DNA of 61,154 bases, filler included, from Barthelona sp. PAP020 (GCA_040182905.1; 2 parts of 2 records of this genome joined end to end with filler, not necessarily neighbours in it), one strand, 5' to 3'; positions 11,319-23,005 are shown, counted from the whole stretch's first letter. Numbers and translations: made by a program. Notes: generated by a model from the letters alone, not told the origin.

Positions 11319-12314
11319 TTATTGACTAAAAGTTGTTATAACGTCCTTTTCAATTCTTTTCCATTTTCTTAATGCTCCATTTTTCAACAATTCTTTCAAC
11401 TGCATTTGATTATTAAAAGCTTTTGGAGAAGGTATACCATTCTTATATGTTTCTTCAATATCATTTGTTTCAGTTTTGGGATATGTTTTAGCAAAAAATA
11501 AAGCAATTTTGTTCAAAGCCTTGACAGTCTCTGAAGAATCGTGATTTGCACAAACAACTTTAAAATTGCTCATATGTTTCATCAATATGTCATCATCAAC
11601 AATTTCTTGTTGTTGTACAACGTTGGAGGTAGATTCAGTCAATCTATTCACCATCTCATCAACGTTAAAATTAGCCGCAGTAACTAAACCAGTAATTTGT
11701 ACATTTTGTTCTCTTTCATCCTTAAGCATTTTTCTGGGTGATTTTGGCGAACTGCTTTCAGAAGTATTCGATGAATTTACAGAATTCCAACGTTTAAGAG
11801 AGTCTTTTACATCTCTATTTCTTAAAGATAAGATCCAATTCTTTTCAATTGGAGGAGCATCAGGGTGATTTTCAAAATCAGACGGCAAAGGAATAATTTG
11901 TTTGGCAGAAGAAGTTTTCATTCGCGACGATTGCGTGGAACTACTGAAACGACGGTGTAAATTTTCAACAGTTAAAGAATTTTTCTTCGAATCTTCAAAA
12001 GTTTGTGTTGATGAAAGAAAATCAGGTTGATTTAATTCTTTATGTTTTGTCACAGGACTAACAGGGGGTAAATTATCTGGAATAATACCTTTTACAGAGG
12101 CTGGTGGCAAAGTACCAACACTGTTCTCTATTTCTTCATTTTCAGATCTACTATTAACACTAGATGTATCAGTAGAAAGGGATTTATTATCAGAAACTGA
12201 TGCAGATTGGTCTAATAAATTTTCTTTTTTCAAAGACTGTGGGGTTTGTAAAATAGATTCATCATTTGCTTCAAAATTATTTAAAATATCGTCCAAACTT
12301 ATTTCATTCATCAT
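11319..12314 (-). CDS. Hypothetical Ser-rich protein
   Basis: Long ORF, first ATG at 12314, low-complexity N-terminal half. Confidence 0.65.
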   Translation of the reverse strand: MMNEISLDDILNNFEANDESILQTPQSLKKENLLDQSASVSDNKSLSTDTSSVNSRSENEEIENSVGTLPPASVKGIIPDNLPPVSPVTKHKELNQPDFLSSTQTFEDSKKNSLTVENLHRRFSSSTQSSRMKTSSAKQIIPLPSDFENHPDAPPIEKNWILSLRNRDVKDSLKRWNSVNSSNTSESSSPKSPRKMLKDEREQNVQITGLVTAANFNVDEMVNRLTESTSNVVQQQEIVDDDILMKHMSNFKVVCANHDSSETVKALNKIALFFAKTYPKTETNDIEETYKNGIPSPKAFNNQMQLKELLKNGALRKWKRIEKDVITTFSQ

Positions 12315-12522
12315 ATCAATGAAATAAATTGAAAATCTTTTCAATAAAAAAAAAGTACTTTATTAAATATGCTGTCAATAATTTATTGAATTATTAAATG
12401 AATAAAACACAACACTAAACTTTAAATTTTTCCCTTTAAAAGAGTTAATGAATTTTATACGCTTATTTAAAAAAGAAATTTTTTAACACCAATAAGAAAC
12501 ACTAATCATATTTTATGGACTA

Positions 12523-15237
12523 TTAGAGGAATTTAGAACAATTTGGACAATCATTAACCAAATCTAAACAATTTAAATGCATCAAAGCTTTACACTTTTT
12601 ACATTGAACAACATTATTGTTCGTAATTGTTAAAAATGGAAATAAAACTGAATCATTATTGCAGATAACACATTTTGTACCATTTGTAGAACAGAAATCA
12701 CAATTCCTACAATGTGTATATAAAAATTGAACATTTTTTTGTAAAAATGGAATTAATTCCTTGTCTTTTATGCAAAGAAGATCGTTTAATAGGAAAGAGT
12801 TTGCATCTTCAACAAAATAAATGCGTTTTCCTAACTTTGAAATCAACATTTTCTCATGTCTGCACTTACAAGATTGAATAAATTTAACAATAGCCAACAA
12901 CTGATTCCTTAATAAAAGCGCTTCCACAAGCACTGGCTCATGATTAACCAATATTGGACAAACCTTAGGAACATCAATTTTTAACATGTTCAAACCTCTA
13001 TCAATAATAAGAGCCGCAACTTTACTGACTAAATATTTCGTATCGTCCCATTGGCCTATCAATAAACCAGGCAAAACTCTCTTATCATTGGTATGACATT
13101 GACAGCAAAAATAGGATCCAAAATAATGACAAAACCTTGAAGGAACACTGCTACATAAGGAGCAAGTTTTTTGTTTGTTTGATGTGGCATGTATGTGATA
13201 TTTAAATGATAACATAGGTGGTCCAGAAAGTACATCAGAAAATGAGGGCACTTTTTTTTTTTGAAACATTCTTAAAGGAGGTGTAGGAATCATGGAAGGC
13301 AAAATAGGGGATTCAATTGCAAACCGAACCATTGATTCAATTTCCTGCGCAGATATTGCTTTGTTTTCTTCAACCGGGATCGGAAAAACAATAGTTGTCA
13401 CATCTAAAGAAGGAGAACCAGGACTAAGTTCCATATTTGGTTTGTTTTTTGATTTGCCAATATGTTTGTTAATTGAATCCACAGATGAAGATGTTGAAAA
13501 GTTAATTTGTTCATTTGCTTGAGCAATTGGACTTATCAAAGGTTTTTGATGATGATCAAGGTTAACAAAAAGTTTGATGACATTTTTGTTGAAAGGTGTC
13601 GATTTTTGAATTTTTTGACTTTGACCCAAAGTTACTTGCAATGATTTATTGATATCGATTTTCCGTGTCTTCGTATCATCACAAGTTAATGTATCTCCTT
13701 CTGAATTACTTAAAAAAGTCAATCCTTCTTTGGAAGAAATCTCATAAACAATAGTTGGTTTGTCTAATTGGTGTAACGGGGTCCTAGTCACTGATGAATC
13801 AGTATCAAAGGAGGCAGAAGTATTGGTCACACAAATGGATCTCAAATCCTTAGCAATCTCAGGTGGGGTGCATAGAAGACCTTCTTTATCAGAAAATTCA
13901 GCAAGTGCTGATGGCATAACATCATGAGAAATACCTGCAGTGATAGAATTTGCACTTGTGTCAATTTGTGTGGGTTTTGATTCTTTAAAAAAAAAATCAC
14001 CCCCTGTATGATGATTATCATTGTAAGAAAACGCAAAAATGTCAGAATCGATGGTAATGATGTCAACAGAAAGCGACTTATCATCTGAATAGTCAACTTC
14101 GTCAAAGTCTATTTTCAATGACACATCCTCTTCTTTGTATAGATCATCAATATCGTCGTTCGGCGAAAATCTTTGATTATGAATGGGCTTTCCCACTCTT
14201 TGAAGTGTTTCAATATCATTTGTCACAAAAAATTTATGTTCTTCAATACCATGATTACTTGAAGTGAGCATTTTTGAAGTGCTTGCGTTTGTGTCGTTAA
14301 CCATGTATTCGATTTCTGGTGTGATAGAAAGTCTAGAATTTTGACTTGAAACGACGTCCAAGTGTTTTTTATAACTCATGTTTTGATCAACATCAAAATT
14401 TTCATGATCAATCTCAAAGATATTATCTCCAACAGTCAAAGGATCGTCAGTGAAAGGGACCATTTGAACACCATACATACCACTACTCATACCATCGGGC
14501 TCAACAATATCTGATTTCATTTTTTGCCTGTTTAGAAATGGAAAAACACTTTTAGAAAGTCCAAAATCAGAAGTACCCTTTTCTTCTGTTAGTTTTGATT
14601 TTTGCACAGTAAACACCGCTCTTTGAACCTTTGGAATCTGAGGCGATATCGATCGACTTCTGATCCCAGCTGTTGTGATCCCATCTGAATAGATAAAACC
14701 ATTTGACATTAATACATCCGTCCAATTCATTACTTCAAGTGTATCCAAGGTACTATCATCAATAAATAATTCAAACGTAACACTTTGTAACTGGATCCAG
14801 AGAACATTAAGCAAGTCTATGAAGTCTGGTAATAATAATGGACTAGGGGATTCATAATGATTAGCAATTAATGATTCATCTGCCAATAATACTAATAAAT
14901 CACTTTCAATGGTAGAAAGCATCAAAGATTGTCTCAACCATGCTCTAACTCGACCATAATCACTTTTAACATTCTTTAATTTGTTTAAAGCATCAAAATC
15001 GCTCTTACTTTTCTCATTAAGCCTTCTCAAAGTTCCAAGAAAAATCCATGGATTTCCTTTTCTGGAAAAAAAGGATTCTTTTCGTTTTATATTACTTAAA
15101 AATAGGCTATCTAATATCTTAATAAAGTTTTGAAACTCTAAATCATTAGATTGGATTGATTTTTCTTCTTGACAATATTTTCTTAAAATTGGTTGAATTG
15201 AGTTGTTTAAAATCAAATATATTTTTTCAACTTGCAT
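12523..15237 (-). CDS. RUN-domain + Rubicon-homology zinc-binding domain protein (PLEKHM1/Rubicon/DEF8-like)
   Basis: RUN motif GRVRAWLRQSL near the N-terminus. C-terminal RFCHYFGSYFCCQCH...LPGLLIGQWD...VSK and terminal CxxC...HxxC...CPNC. Confidence 0.85.
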   Translation of the reverse strand: MQVEKIYLILNNSIQPILRKYCQEEKSIQSNDLEFQNFIKILDSLFLSNIKRKESFFSRKGNPWIFLGTLRRLNEKSKSDFDALNKLKNVKSDYGRVRAWLRQSLMLSTIESDLLVLLADESLIANHYESPSPLLLPDFIDLLNVLWIQLQSVTFELFIDDSTLDTLEVMNWTDVLMSNGFIYSDGITTAGIRSRSISPQIPKVQRAVFTVQKSKLTEEKGTSDFGLSKSVFPFLNRQKMKSDIVEPDGMSSGMYGVQMVPFTDDPLTVGDNIFEIDHENFDVDQNMSYKKHLDVVSSQNSRLSITPEIEYMVNDTNASTSKMLTSSNHGIEEHKFFVTNDIETLQRVGKPIHNQRFSPNDDIDDLYKEEDVSLKIDFDEVDYSDDKSLSVDIITIDSDIFAFSYNDNHHTGGDFFFKESKPTQIDTSANSITAGISHDVMPSALAEFSDKEGLLCTPPEIAKDLRSICVTNTSASFDTDSSVTRTPLHQLDKPTIVYEISSKEGLTFLSNSEGDTLTCDDTKTRKIDINKSLQVTLGQSQKIQKSTPFNKNVIKLFVNLDHHQKPLISPIAQANEQINFSTSSSVDSINKHIGKSKNKPNMELSPGSPSLDVTTIVFPIPVEENKAISAQEIESMVRFAIESPILPSMIPTPPLRMFQKKKVPSFSDVLSGPPMLSFKYHIHATSNKQKTCSLCSSVPSRFCHYFGSYFCCQCHTNDKRVLPGLLIGQWDDTKYLVSKVAALIIDRGLNMLKIDVPKVCPILVNHEPVLVEALLLRNQLLAIVKFIQSCKCRHEKMLISKLGKRIYFVEDANSFLLNDLLCIKDKELIPFLQKNVQFLYTHCRNCDFCSTNGTKCVICNNDSVLFPFLTITNNNVVQCKKCKALMHLNCLDLVNDCPNCSKFL

Positions 15238-15803
15238 ATTTCACTTATTTAACAATATTTGTTGTTGAACAACATCCCAATATGCAAAAATAAAAGTCTT
15301 CACTTGATTTGTCTTTTTTTTTTAAGATTTAATATTCGATAATTTTGTCTTGAAATTAAAGAAATCAATAAAAATCGCATAAATCATAACAATTTTAGTA
15401 ATTGTGAAGAATCAATATTCTAGGTATATTTCTTATCAGTTAAATAAACACCTAAAACAAATATAATTTAAATAACAATAATCTTTAAATCTCCTCAGAA
15501 AAACTAAAGACCTTTTAGACTCCTATGAATAATCTCCCATAAAAAATTCACCAAACTTATATTTTATCAAATAATCTGCACTATAAAACAAAACTAATGG
15601 AACAAATAAGTAAAATTCCCATTATTTCAAAGAAATAATTAAAGAGAAGAAAGACAAAAACAGTCAAAAAACAATAAAAGGTATCAGAGCCAATATGTTA
15701 TTAAGATTTATTTAATTCCTTTCAAACAAATTAAAAAAAAAAGAAACAAAAAATTTCTTCCAAAAATTCATTTTTTAACTTCTTTTTTATATTGCATTTT
15801 ACG

Positions 15804-16342
15804 ATGAAATTCAGCAAGAGTATTTCTTTTATTTTATTATTCACTAACGTCAGACGTGCACAGCTCCGCCCGCAAAGCTCGCAAAGCCCATTTTAATGCC
15901 AATTCCACTGAACGTAGAATTGTTATGACTGCTCCTCTCAGCAAGTCTCTTCGTGAAAAATATGGTGTATGTTTATTTTGATTTGTTTTTTTTTGTTTTT
16001 GTTTTTCTTTTTATGATATTCTAACAAATCTAGATCCGTTCTCTTCCCATTCGTGTTGGTGATTCCGTTAGACTTACAACTGGTTTCAACAGCGATAAAG
16101 AAGGTAAAGTTTTGAAGGTTTATCGTAAACGTTATTCTCTTCAAATTGAAGGTCTTCAACAAATGGACAGCAATGGTGAACCCAGAATGAACCGTCGTCG
16201 TGTTCCTATTTTTATTCCCGTTCATTCTTCCAATGTTGAAATCACTGAATTAAAAATGTCAAAGGCTCGTCAAGCTCTCATTGAACGTAAGACTCAAGCT
16301 GTCGATAAGAATAAATTTACCACTCAAGATGTTCAAGAATAA
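15804..16342 (+). CDS. RPL26: 60S ribosomal protein L26 (uL24); exons 15804-15819, 15854-15966, 16034-16342
   Basis: Spliced translation [53 protein letters not shown]...KVYRKRY...[13 protein letters not shown]. Two GT-AG introns (34 and 67 nt) each carry a CTAAC branch point. Confidence 0.95.
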
Positions 16343-16470
16343 TCCAAAATAAAATTTATGCTTTTGTTTGCGGTATAATAGTAAATGCATTGTTCAAAAA
16401 ATTTATTATTTAACTATTTATGTAAAAAATTAAAAATTATTTCGATTAATGAAATAAGATCCAAAAAGGA

Positions 16471-16804
16471 TTAGCCAAAAAAGACGGCAACGACAGTATA
16501 AAGAAGTAATTGACAGAAAACATAATCAACAAAACATGTTACAGGATTTTTTTGAGGAAAATCTTTTTGAGTTTTTGGAGATGTTTGTAATCTCAAATTA
16601 ACTGCAAAATTAGCAAATATAAATAATAAAAAACATACTTAGTAAAATAGCAGTACCCAATGTTCCAAAAATACCTGCAAGGAAAGCATTTTTAGGGAAA
16701 TCACCAACTAACAAACGATAACAAAATTGAACTCCACATAATATAATATTTAATAGTACAAATACATCGATTAATTTGAATTTTTCTTTGTTTAAAATAC
16801 CCAT
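16471..16804 (-). CDS. DAD1: Oligosaccharyltransferase subunit DAD1/OST2; intron 16602-16638
   Basis: KLIDVF...GVQFCYRLLVGDFPKNAFLAG. After a 37-nt GTATGT..GCTAAT..CAG intron it continues INLRLQ...FVDYVFCQLLLYTVVAVFFG*. Confidence 0.92.
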
Positions 16805-16843
16805 ATTTTTCGATTAAAAAAAAATTAATGAAATTTATTGTTG

Positions 16844-19090
16844 ATGAAATTTTTGTATTTATTTATTATTTGCTTTAGTCTTGGGTATACACTTGAACAA
16901 TATGAATTACATCAATTTAAAGACAGATTTTCAAAAATTGAAGAAGACATCTTTTTTGGACCTTTTGCTCCTGGTTATTACATTGGTTCACGAAGTTCTA
17001 GTTTATATTCTACCCAAGTTACTGTTTCTTGGAGTGGAATTGGACAATTTGAGTTTCGAAATTATTTCCGACATGAATATAAGCATGATAATGAAATAAA
17101 AGTTGATGTTTGGAGTCATAATGGAAGAAATTTTATGGGACAATTGATAGAGGACTTAAAATATGGATATTTAATAAACAATTCAATGATTTACAATCCA
17201 GTCAAAAAAAATTTTGCTTATGATATTGATATTAAAACATTAAAAGATAATAACAAACCTTTATCGTTAATGTTTCATTTTGAAAGTGAAAAAGATGCTG
17301 ATTTTTCTTTGAAACCTTTAAAGGGGGGTAAAAAAGGAAGTAAGAGCAATATTTTTTTATTTGAAAGCAAAGATTTTGGAAATAACAAACAAATTATTTT
17401 TGAGATTGAGAGAGAAAAGAAAATGAATAAAGAACTTTTTTTTTCCATGCTAAATCAGAATTTTGATAAACCAAAGTTGAAAAAGTTACCAAATATTGAG
17501 AAAATTCAATATTTTTGTGATGATGATGATGATCAACTTTTTAATTCTGTAACTAAGAATGTCAGAGAAAACTTGATCAAACAGAGTAAATTATTGAGTT
17601 TGAACATGTCTATGGCAGCTAAATATCCTGTTCTTTTGTCAAACAATGATAAAGGAAGAAGATGTCATCTACAAATATTAATTGATGGTAATACTCATAT
17701 TACAATGTATTCTCATGATAATAATGCTAAAGAAAAGTGGGATGTGCAAGAAAGCATCAAAAGAGCTATATTAGAGGTGGAAAATAAGCTGGATAACTTT
17801 AAGATTTCTAAAGTATCAAGTGATGTCTATATGTTTGCAAAAAGTGCAATTTTTTCTCAATTATCACATTTTGGGTGGTTTAGTGGTGATTTAAAGTACA
17901 CAAATTTGGATGGTAAAGAGGATTATTTACCTAATCAAAAACTGTTTGCATCATGCCCCTCAAGAGTTTTGTTTCCCAGAGGATTTGTTTGGGATGAGGC
18001 ATTTCAGTCACTTTTGTATTCCAGATTTGATATGGAACTTGCAAAGTATGTGTTGGCCAATTGGTTGGCGTTATTAGATGTTAAAACTGGTTGGATTGCC
18101 AGAGAACAAATTTTAGGTGACAGTGGAAGGAGAAGAGTACCACCACAGTTTGTCATGCAATTTATGGACTATTCCAATCCCCCAGCATTCTTTTTGACAG
18201 TTGCTAGATTGTTAGATATTAGTTCTGATGATTCAGAATATTGGAACAAGATGATTGAACCATTAGTTCTTCATGCTAGATATTTTGAACGATACATCAG
18301 ATCAACAACACCTTTAAAAGTCAAATGGACTGGTCGTGAACAAGACCATACACTTACTTCAGGATTAGACGATTATCCTCGTGGTTGGACACCTGTTAAT
18401 GATGAAGCTCATGTGGATTTATTGTCTTGGATGTTCCACGTGAAAAAAACTTTGAATAGATTGGAAAGTGTTGTACATAAGCCAATTGGTAATTCAAACG
18501 ATTGGTTTAACCGAATTTCTGTGGAAAGTTTTAAGAATTCCGTTTTCAATGTTCATTTTAACAGTGAAACCAATGTTTTCAATGATTTTTGGAAAAATTC
18601 CACTCAACCTGGAATTCTTGTCAACCATATTGGATACATTTCATACTTTCCATGGATGTTTGACTTGGTGACTGTTGATAATTTGGACCCTGCCATTTAT
18701 TTCAATTTTATTTCTCACTTGAATAATACAGAAGAGATGCTCTCAATTGCAGGGTTTAGATCAATGTCAAAGGCTGATCCACTGTACATGACAAAAGAAA
18801 AATATTGGAGAGGACCTGTATGGTTGAATATGAATTATATGATGTTGAGAGCTATACGGAGAGATTTTGAGTTGCTGAAAAGAAAAGATGATGAAAATTA
18901 CATCCAAATTGAACAGCTCTATGGTATCGCTCGTAAGAATATTTTGGGGATGGTGTATAAAAACTGGAAAAATTCTGGTTATTTGTGGGAAAACTATGAT
19001 CCTGAACATGGAAATGGTAGAGGAACACGGCCGTTCACGGGATGGACAAGTCTTATTGTTTTGATATTTACTGAAGATTATCATAAATAA
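16844..19090 (+). CDS. MOGS: Mannosyl-oligosaccharide glucosidase I (GH63, MOGS/Cwh41)
   Basis: PSRVLFPRGFVWDE, GWIAREQILG, TLTSGLDDYPRG, YWRGPVWLNMNY, LWENYD, PFTGWTSL. Confidence 0.93.
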   Translation: MKFLYLFIICFSLGYTLEQYELHQFKDRFSKIEEDIFFGPFAPGYYIGSRSSSLYSTQVTVSWSGIGQFEFRNYFRHEYKHDNEIKVDVWSHNGRNFMGQLIEDLKYGYLINNSMIYNPVKKNFAYDIDIKTLKDNNKPLSLMFHFESEKDADFSLKPLKGGKKGSKSNIFLFESKDFGNNKQIIFEIEREKKMNKELFFSMLNQNFDKPKLKKLPNIEKIQYFCDDDDDQLFNSVTKNVRENLIKQSKLLSLNMSMAAKYPVLLSNNDKGRRCHLQILIDGNTHITMYSHDNNAKEKWDVQESIKRAILEVENKLDNFKISKVSSDVYMFAKSAIFSQLSHFGWFSGDLKYTNLDGKEDYLPNQKLFASCPSRVLFPRGFVWDEAFQSLLYSRFDMELAKYVLANWLALLDVKTGWIAREQILGDSGRRRVPPQFVMQFMDYSNPPAFFLTVARLLDISSDDSEYWNKMIEPLVLHARYFERYIRSTTPLKVKWTGREQDHTLTSGLDDYPRGWTPVNDEAHVDLLSWMFHVKKTLNRLESVVHKPIGNSNDWFNRISVESFKNSVFNVHFNSETNVFNDFWKNSTQPGILVNHIGYISYFPWMFDLVTVDNLDPAIYFNFISHLNNTEEMLSIAGFRSMSKADPLYMTKEKYWRGPVWLNMNYMMLRAIRRDFELLKRKDDENYIQIEQLYGIARKNILGMVYKNWKNSGYLWENYDPEHGNGRGTRPFTGWTSLIVLIFTEDYHK

Positions 19091-19698
19091 GAATCTTTTT
19101 TTTTTTTTTGCATTTGACACTGCTCTCCAAAATTGGAACAATAGGTACAGCAAAATAGTAGTGTCCAGAAATCTGAGTTCATGTTTCTCTTTTCCTTACA
19201 ACTCTTAAAAGAAAGAGCTATGAACATTGTTCAACTTTGGATAAATAGCATCTTCAAATAAAGTCATTAGGCTTTTATTGATATTTGATACATATATATT
19301 TATTTCAAATTAAGTGTGTAATCTTTGAAATGTCAAAAAGAAATTTTCACCAATAAGCCGTTTCTTTTTATTAAACTAATAAAATTATGTTTAAGCTGAT
19401 GAAAATTGAAGGTAAAAAAATGAAATGGTACTACTCCATTTTGGACAGCTCTTTTTACTAAACTTCACAAAACCCTGCCATCAAGACAAATCACATTCAT
19501 AACATTTAGCATTCATTTAGACAAAGTGTTATGCAGACATTTTGCATGATTGAGAATCAGTTTCAATGACCATTATTCCCTCATCAAAAAATTAAAACAA
19601 AAAACAACATAAGATTTATGCAGATGTACAAACATTACACACTAAACAACAAAACAAGACAAAAAAAAAAATTAAATACCATGAGAAGTTAATGAAAA

Positions 19699-22600
19699 CT
19701 AGTCAAAAATGACATTTCTGTCAATCTCATCATCAGAAATATCAGAATCACCAACATCATACATACCTGTGTCAATATCATGGAAACTTGAAATAGCATT
19801 GACTGACATGATGAATACATCTGTAAATTGATTCTTTGTATGATCAATACCCAAATACTCACAAACAATAATGACAACGAAATTGTCTATTTTTTCATTA
19901 GTCTCCACATTTATCAGTTTATCAAATTTAGAAACATAAACAGAAAAGCAAATTTCAGAATTGGCTCTAGCACGAACATATCGAACTGGTGTTTCCAAAG
20001 ATCTGCCTTCAAAAGAAACAGAATACTGAATTTCTTCAATGTCTTTGTTGAATTTTTTTTCAACATAGAAATTACTGAATGAATACTTGTCAAACAAAAA
20101 GAAGCTTTCTCTAATACCACCTTGTTTGGTTAACGTAACTTGGACTTGATTGCTATCATTGATGAACTGCAAAATATTGTCATTTGGCTTTATTTCTTCA
20201 GTATATAATTTTGTTGCACCCAAAACAGTCGAAAAAACCATCCAATCATCTTTTGTTGGATAAATATAGCTTTGTAAAAGACTTCTTAGATTTCTTGTGC
20301 CAACTGTTTCTTCTCTAGTTTCACCAAAGGTCAATTTCTTAAAGTCAAAATTTTCATCTTTGAAATTGCCAAGATATACGTTCTTAATATCACTGTCTTG
20401 CTGATATTTTCTCACCGAATTTTCACAGCTTTTAACAACATTAGACATACATGCCATACCACCTGAAATACAGACATACAATTGTTCACAAGAGGCTGGT
20501 AATTGGGTTAATGATTTGGTTACTATGTCATCAATCATTTCATTCAAAAAGCAAAAAGAATTGCTGAATGAAACTTCGTAACACTTATGATGTAAAAATT
20601 GGTTTCGAGAAATTCTTCTATTTTGACTGGAAACATTTGCAATTTCTTTAATTACACAAGTAGGCATATCAATATTATCGGTATTTTGATTAGTATTGTT
20701 ATAAGAATTGCTGTTTGAAAAGATAAATTTAAAATGACAATCGTTAGAAAACTCTCCAGTTTTTGCTGCATTAAAATCTTTTAAAAAAACCTTCTTTAAA
20801 CCAATCAAATCATCCATGAATTTACGGCTCATTTCAGCATCATCATAACCAAAAGTAGAATCTCCCAATAAATACGCTAATAATGAATATTTATTCACAT
20901 TAAATAGTTTGAATGGTCTAAATTCAGAAGGTGCTAAATAATCAATGTGATCCAAATGGCAAGAAATACTACTCAATAAATTGACAAAATGTTTTCCAAA
21001 TATTTGTTCAAAAAACTTATTTGAAGCTATTCCATTGTCATTGGGATACAATCCAATCTCAGGATCACACCCAGAAAATTGTTCCTCAAATAATTTACTT
21101 TTCCCAACCCTTCTTCCGTTTCTATCTTTCAATTGATAATGAATAGTGTTAATAAAACCAAAGAAATGCATCATATCAAAAATATGGCCACCGACTCTAA
21201 TCGAACTAAATGGAGATGACCAAGATTTAGGAATAAGTCTATAATGATCATAAAACGGTTCAAATAAAGCAACATCTCCAGTTAAACCTCCAAAATTGAT
21301 AGATAAAACAAATAAATTGTTGAATGCAAAATTTCTACATTTTAATGGCTCATTCGCTTTTTCTGGAATATAATGCTTCAAAACATTATCAACACTTCCA
21401 TTTGGAGTGTTTCCAAATGAATACTCCTTCAAAATAGAATGAATTAAGACATAATCACAAACATATCTGGCACAACAGATATTTTCACTGTATCCTTGTA
21501 TCATATTCTTTGGTAATATTGATCCACTGGATTGTGTTCTCATGTTTGCAATCACTGCCTTCATAATTGTTCTGAAACTAACAGGTTTTGTTTCTCCATT
21601 ATATACAATGGGATAACTGACCATGATTTCAGTGTTTGAGAAATCATTGTTCTGATTCGCAAAATGTCTGAGTTGATTTTCCATGTATTTGCTAAACGCA
21701 TTGAAAGCTATCGGAAGTTGATTACTCATGGCATTATTAGTATCATCAACTGTATTTGCTTCGAAATATAAAGCAGATATTGGATCATTAGGCGCAATAA
21801 TGAAATCAACCTTGGGGAAAAACACTGCAACAATGCTGTTATTGTTACTGTTGAAATTCCAAATGTACTGTTGTGTTCCATCACTTGCAGTGTCTCTTAA
21901 CAAAAACACTTCAGTTTTTGAAGAATTTTGAGTGACGTTGGGCTTTGTATCATGATAATTCTTCACGCATAACTTTGTTGTATGACTTCCAATATCCATA
22001 TACGTTTTATTAGGTGTTTTTTTTGGCAAAAAAACATAAATCATCGCAAAAGAGTAAACACCCATTAAACGACAAAAAAAACCATTAATAATCAATTGAT
22101 ACTCTTCTAATATTTGATAGGTAAACATTAATATTTGTATACATTTAAATATCCACAACATAATGACAATATGTCGAATATGTTCTGTCTTTAACAAAGA
22201 AGACCAACTATTAAAGATCAATTCTTTCTTTAAAAGATAAAATATTGCATAAACTAATAAAATAAATGTTCCAAAAACAATGCTTTGATGAATAAACATA
22301 CTAATTGTGATTTTACCAAAGAAACTCGGTGGAGTGAAACCAATAACTTCATTAGTAAACCAAAATAAAATACCCAATAAAATCATTAAGATGAAGGTAA
22401 AAAGAATGTTCATCAAGGTCAATCTTTTCTTTTTCAAAAAAATAAAGAAAATGCATTGGGAACCAAACGATATAATAGAAAATATTTCATTCTTAAAATC
22501 AATTACAAAAGAAAATGGAATCGTTGAAGAAGAAAAAAAAATTCCATTGATGGCAAACAACAAGTATGTCCAAAAAATTAAAATGTAATAACTGTATACT

Positions 22601-22848
22601 TGTGATTTAGTTCTGCTAACATATTGTAATTCTTCTTTATTTAGTTTTAAATATGTTGATATAAAACTAACCAAATAAAATAACAATGGCAAAAATCCAA
22701 TAATTATTTGAAAAATAAAATTTCTTGTAACAAATGGAATAAATGGAAAAAATAGATAGATGGATGAACAAAGAATGAAACAGCTGGAAAAAAATTCTTG
22801 TTTTAGAGAAGAAACTTCTTCCAATTCATAATTTTCATCAGATGGCAT
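19699..22848 (-). CDS. Multi-pass membrane protein fused to a C-terminal Hsp70/actin-fold (ASKHA, HSPA12-like) domain
   Basis: About 280 aa with roughly 8 hydrophobic segments, then ASKHA motifs in the expected order: DIGSHTTK (phosphate 1), VSYP, SENICCARY (connect 1), INFGGLTGD (phosphate 2), ISGGMA (adenosine), VLGA (connect 2). Confidence 0.7.
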   Translation of the reverse strand: MPSDENYELEEVSSLKQEFFSSCFILCSSIYLFFPFIPFVTRNFIFQIIIGFLPLLFYLVSFISTYLKLNKEELQYVSRTKSQVYSYYILIFWTYLLFAINGIFFSSSTIPFSFVIDFKNEIFSIISFGSQCIFFIFLKKKRLTLMNILFTFILMILLGILFWFTNEVIGFTPPSFFGKITISMFIHQSIVFGTFILLVYAIFYLLKKELIFNSWSSLLKTEHIRHIVIMLWIFKCIQILMFTYQILEEYQLIINGFFCRLMGVYSFAMIYVFLPKKTPNKTYMDIGSHTTKLCVKNYHDTKPNVTQNSSKTEVFLLRDTASDGTQQYIWNFNSNNNSIVAVFFPKVDFIIAPNDPISALYFEANTVDDTNNAMSNQLPIAFNAFSKYMENQLRHFANQNNDFSNTEIMVSYPIVYNGETKPVSFRTIMKAVIANMRTQSSGSILPKNMIQGYSENICCARYVCDYVLIHSILKEYSFGNTPNGSVDNVLKHYIPEKANEPLKCRNFAFNNLFVLSINFGGLTGDVALFEPFYDHYRLIPKSWSSPFSSIRVGGHIFDMMHFFGFINTIHYQLKDRNGRRVGKSKLFEEQFSGCDPEIGLYPNDNGIASNKFFEQIFGKHFVNLLSSISCHLDHIDYLAPSEFRPFKLFNVNKYSLLAYLLGDSTFGYDDAEMSRKFMDDLIGLKKVFLKDFNAAKTGEFSNDCHFKFIFSNSNSYNNTNQNTDNIDMPTCVIKEIANVSSQNRRISRNQFLHHKCYEVSFSNSFCFLNEMIDDIVTKSLTQLPASCEQLYVCISGGMACMSNVVKSCENSVRKYQQDSDIKNVYLGNFKDENFDFKKLTFGETREETVGTRNLRSLLQSYIYPTKDDWMVFSTVLGATKLYTEEIKPNDNILQFINDSNQVQVTLTKQGGIRESFFLFDKYSFSNFYVEKKFNKDIEEIQYSVSFEGRSLETPVRYVRARANSEICFSVYVSKFDKLINVETNEKIDNFVVIIVCEYLGIDHTKNQFTDVFIMSVNAISSFHDIDTGMYDVGDSDISDDEIDRNVIFD

Positions 22849-23005
22849 TTTTTTCTTTGTTAGACTGAAAATAAAAAAAAAAAATGAATGGTAAAGTAAA
22901 ACAAAACTAAAAAGAGAACTCTTTATCTAGCCAAAATTAAAAATAAGAATTTTTTTCTTTGTTCATTTTTTTATTTTTTTTTTCCTTTGCCTTCATTTCT
23001 AATCA

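Noticed and set aside
15430..15441. TTCTTATCAGTT matches part of U2 snRNA
   Set aside because: The branch-point pairing sequence GTGTAGTA and the stem IIa complement are absent; chance match.
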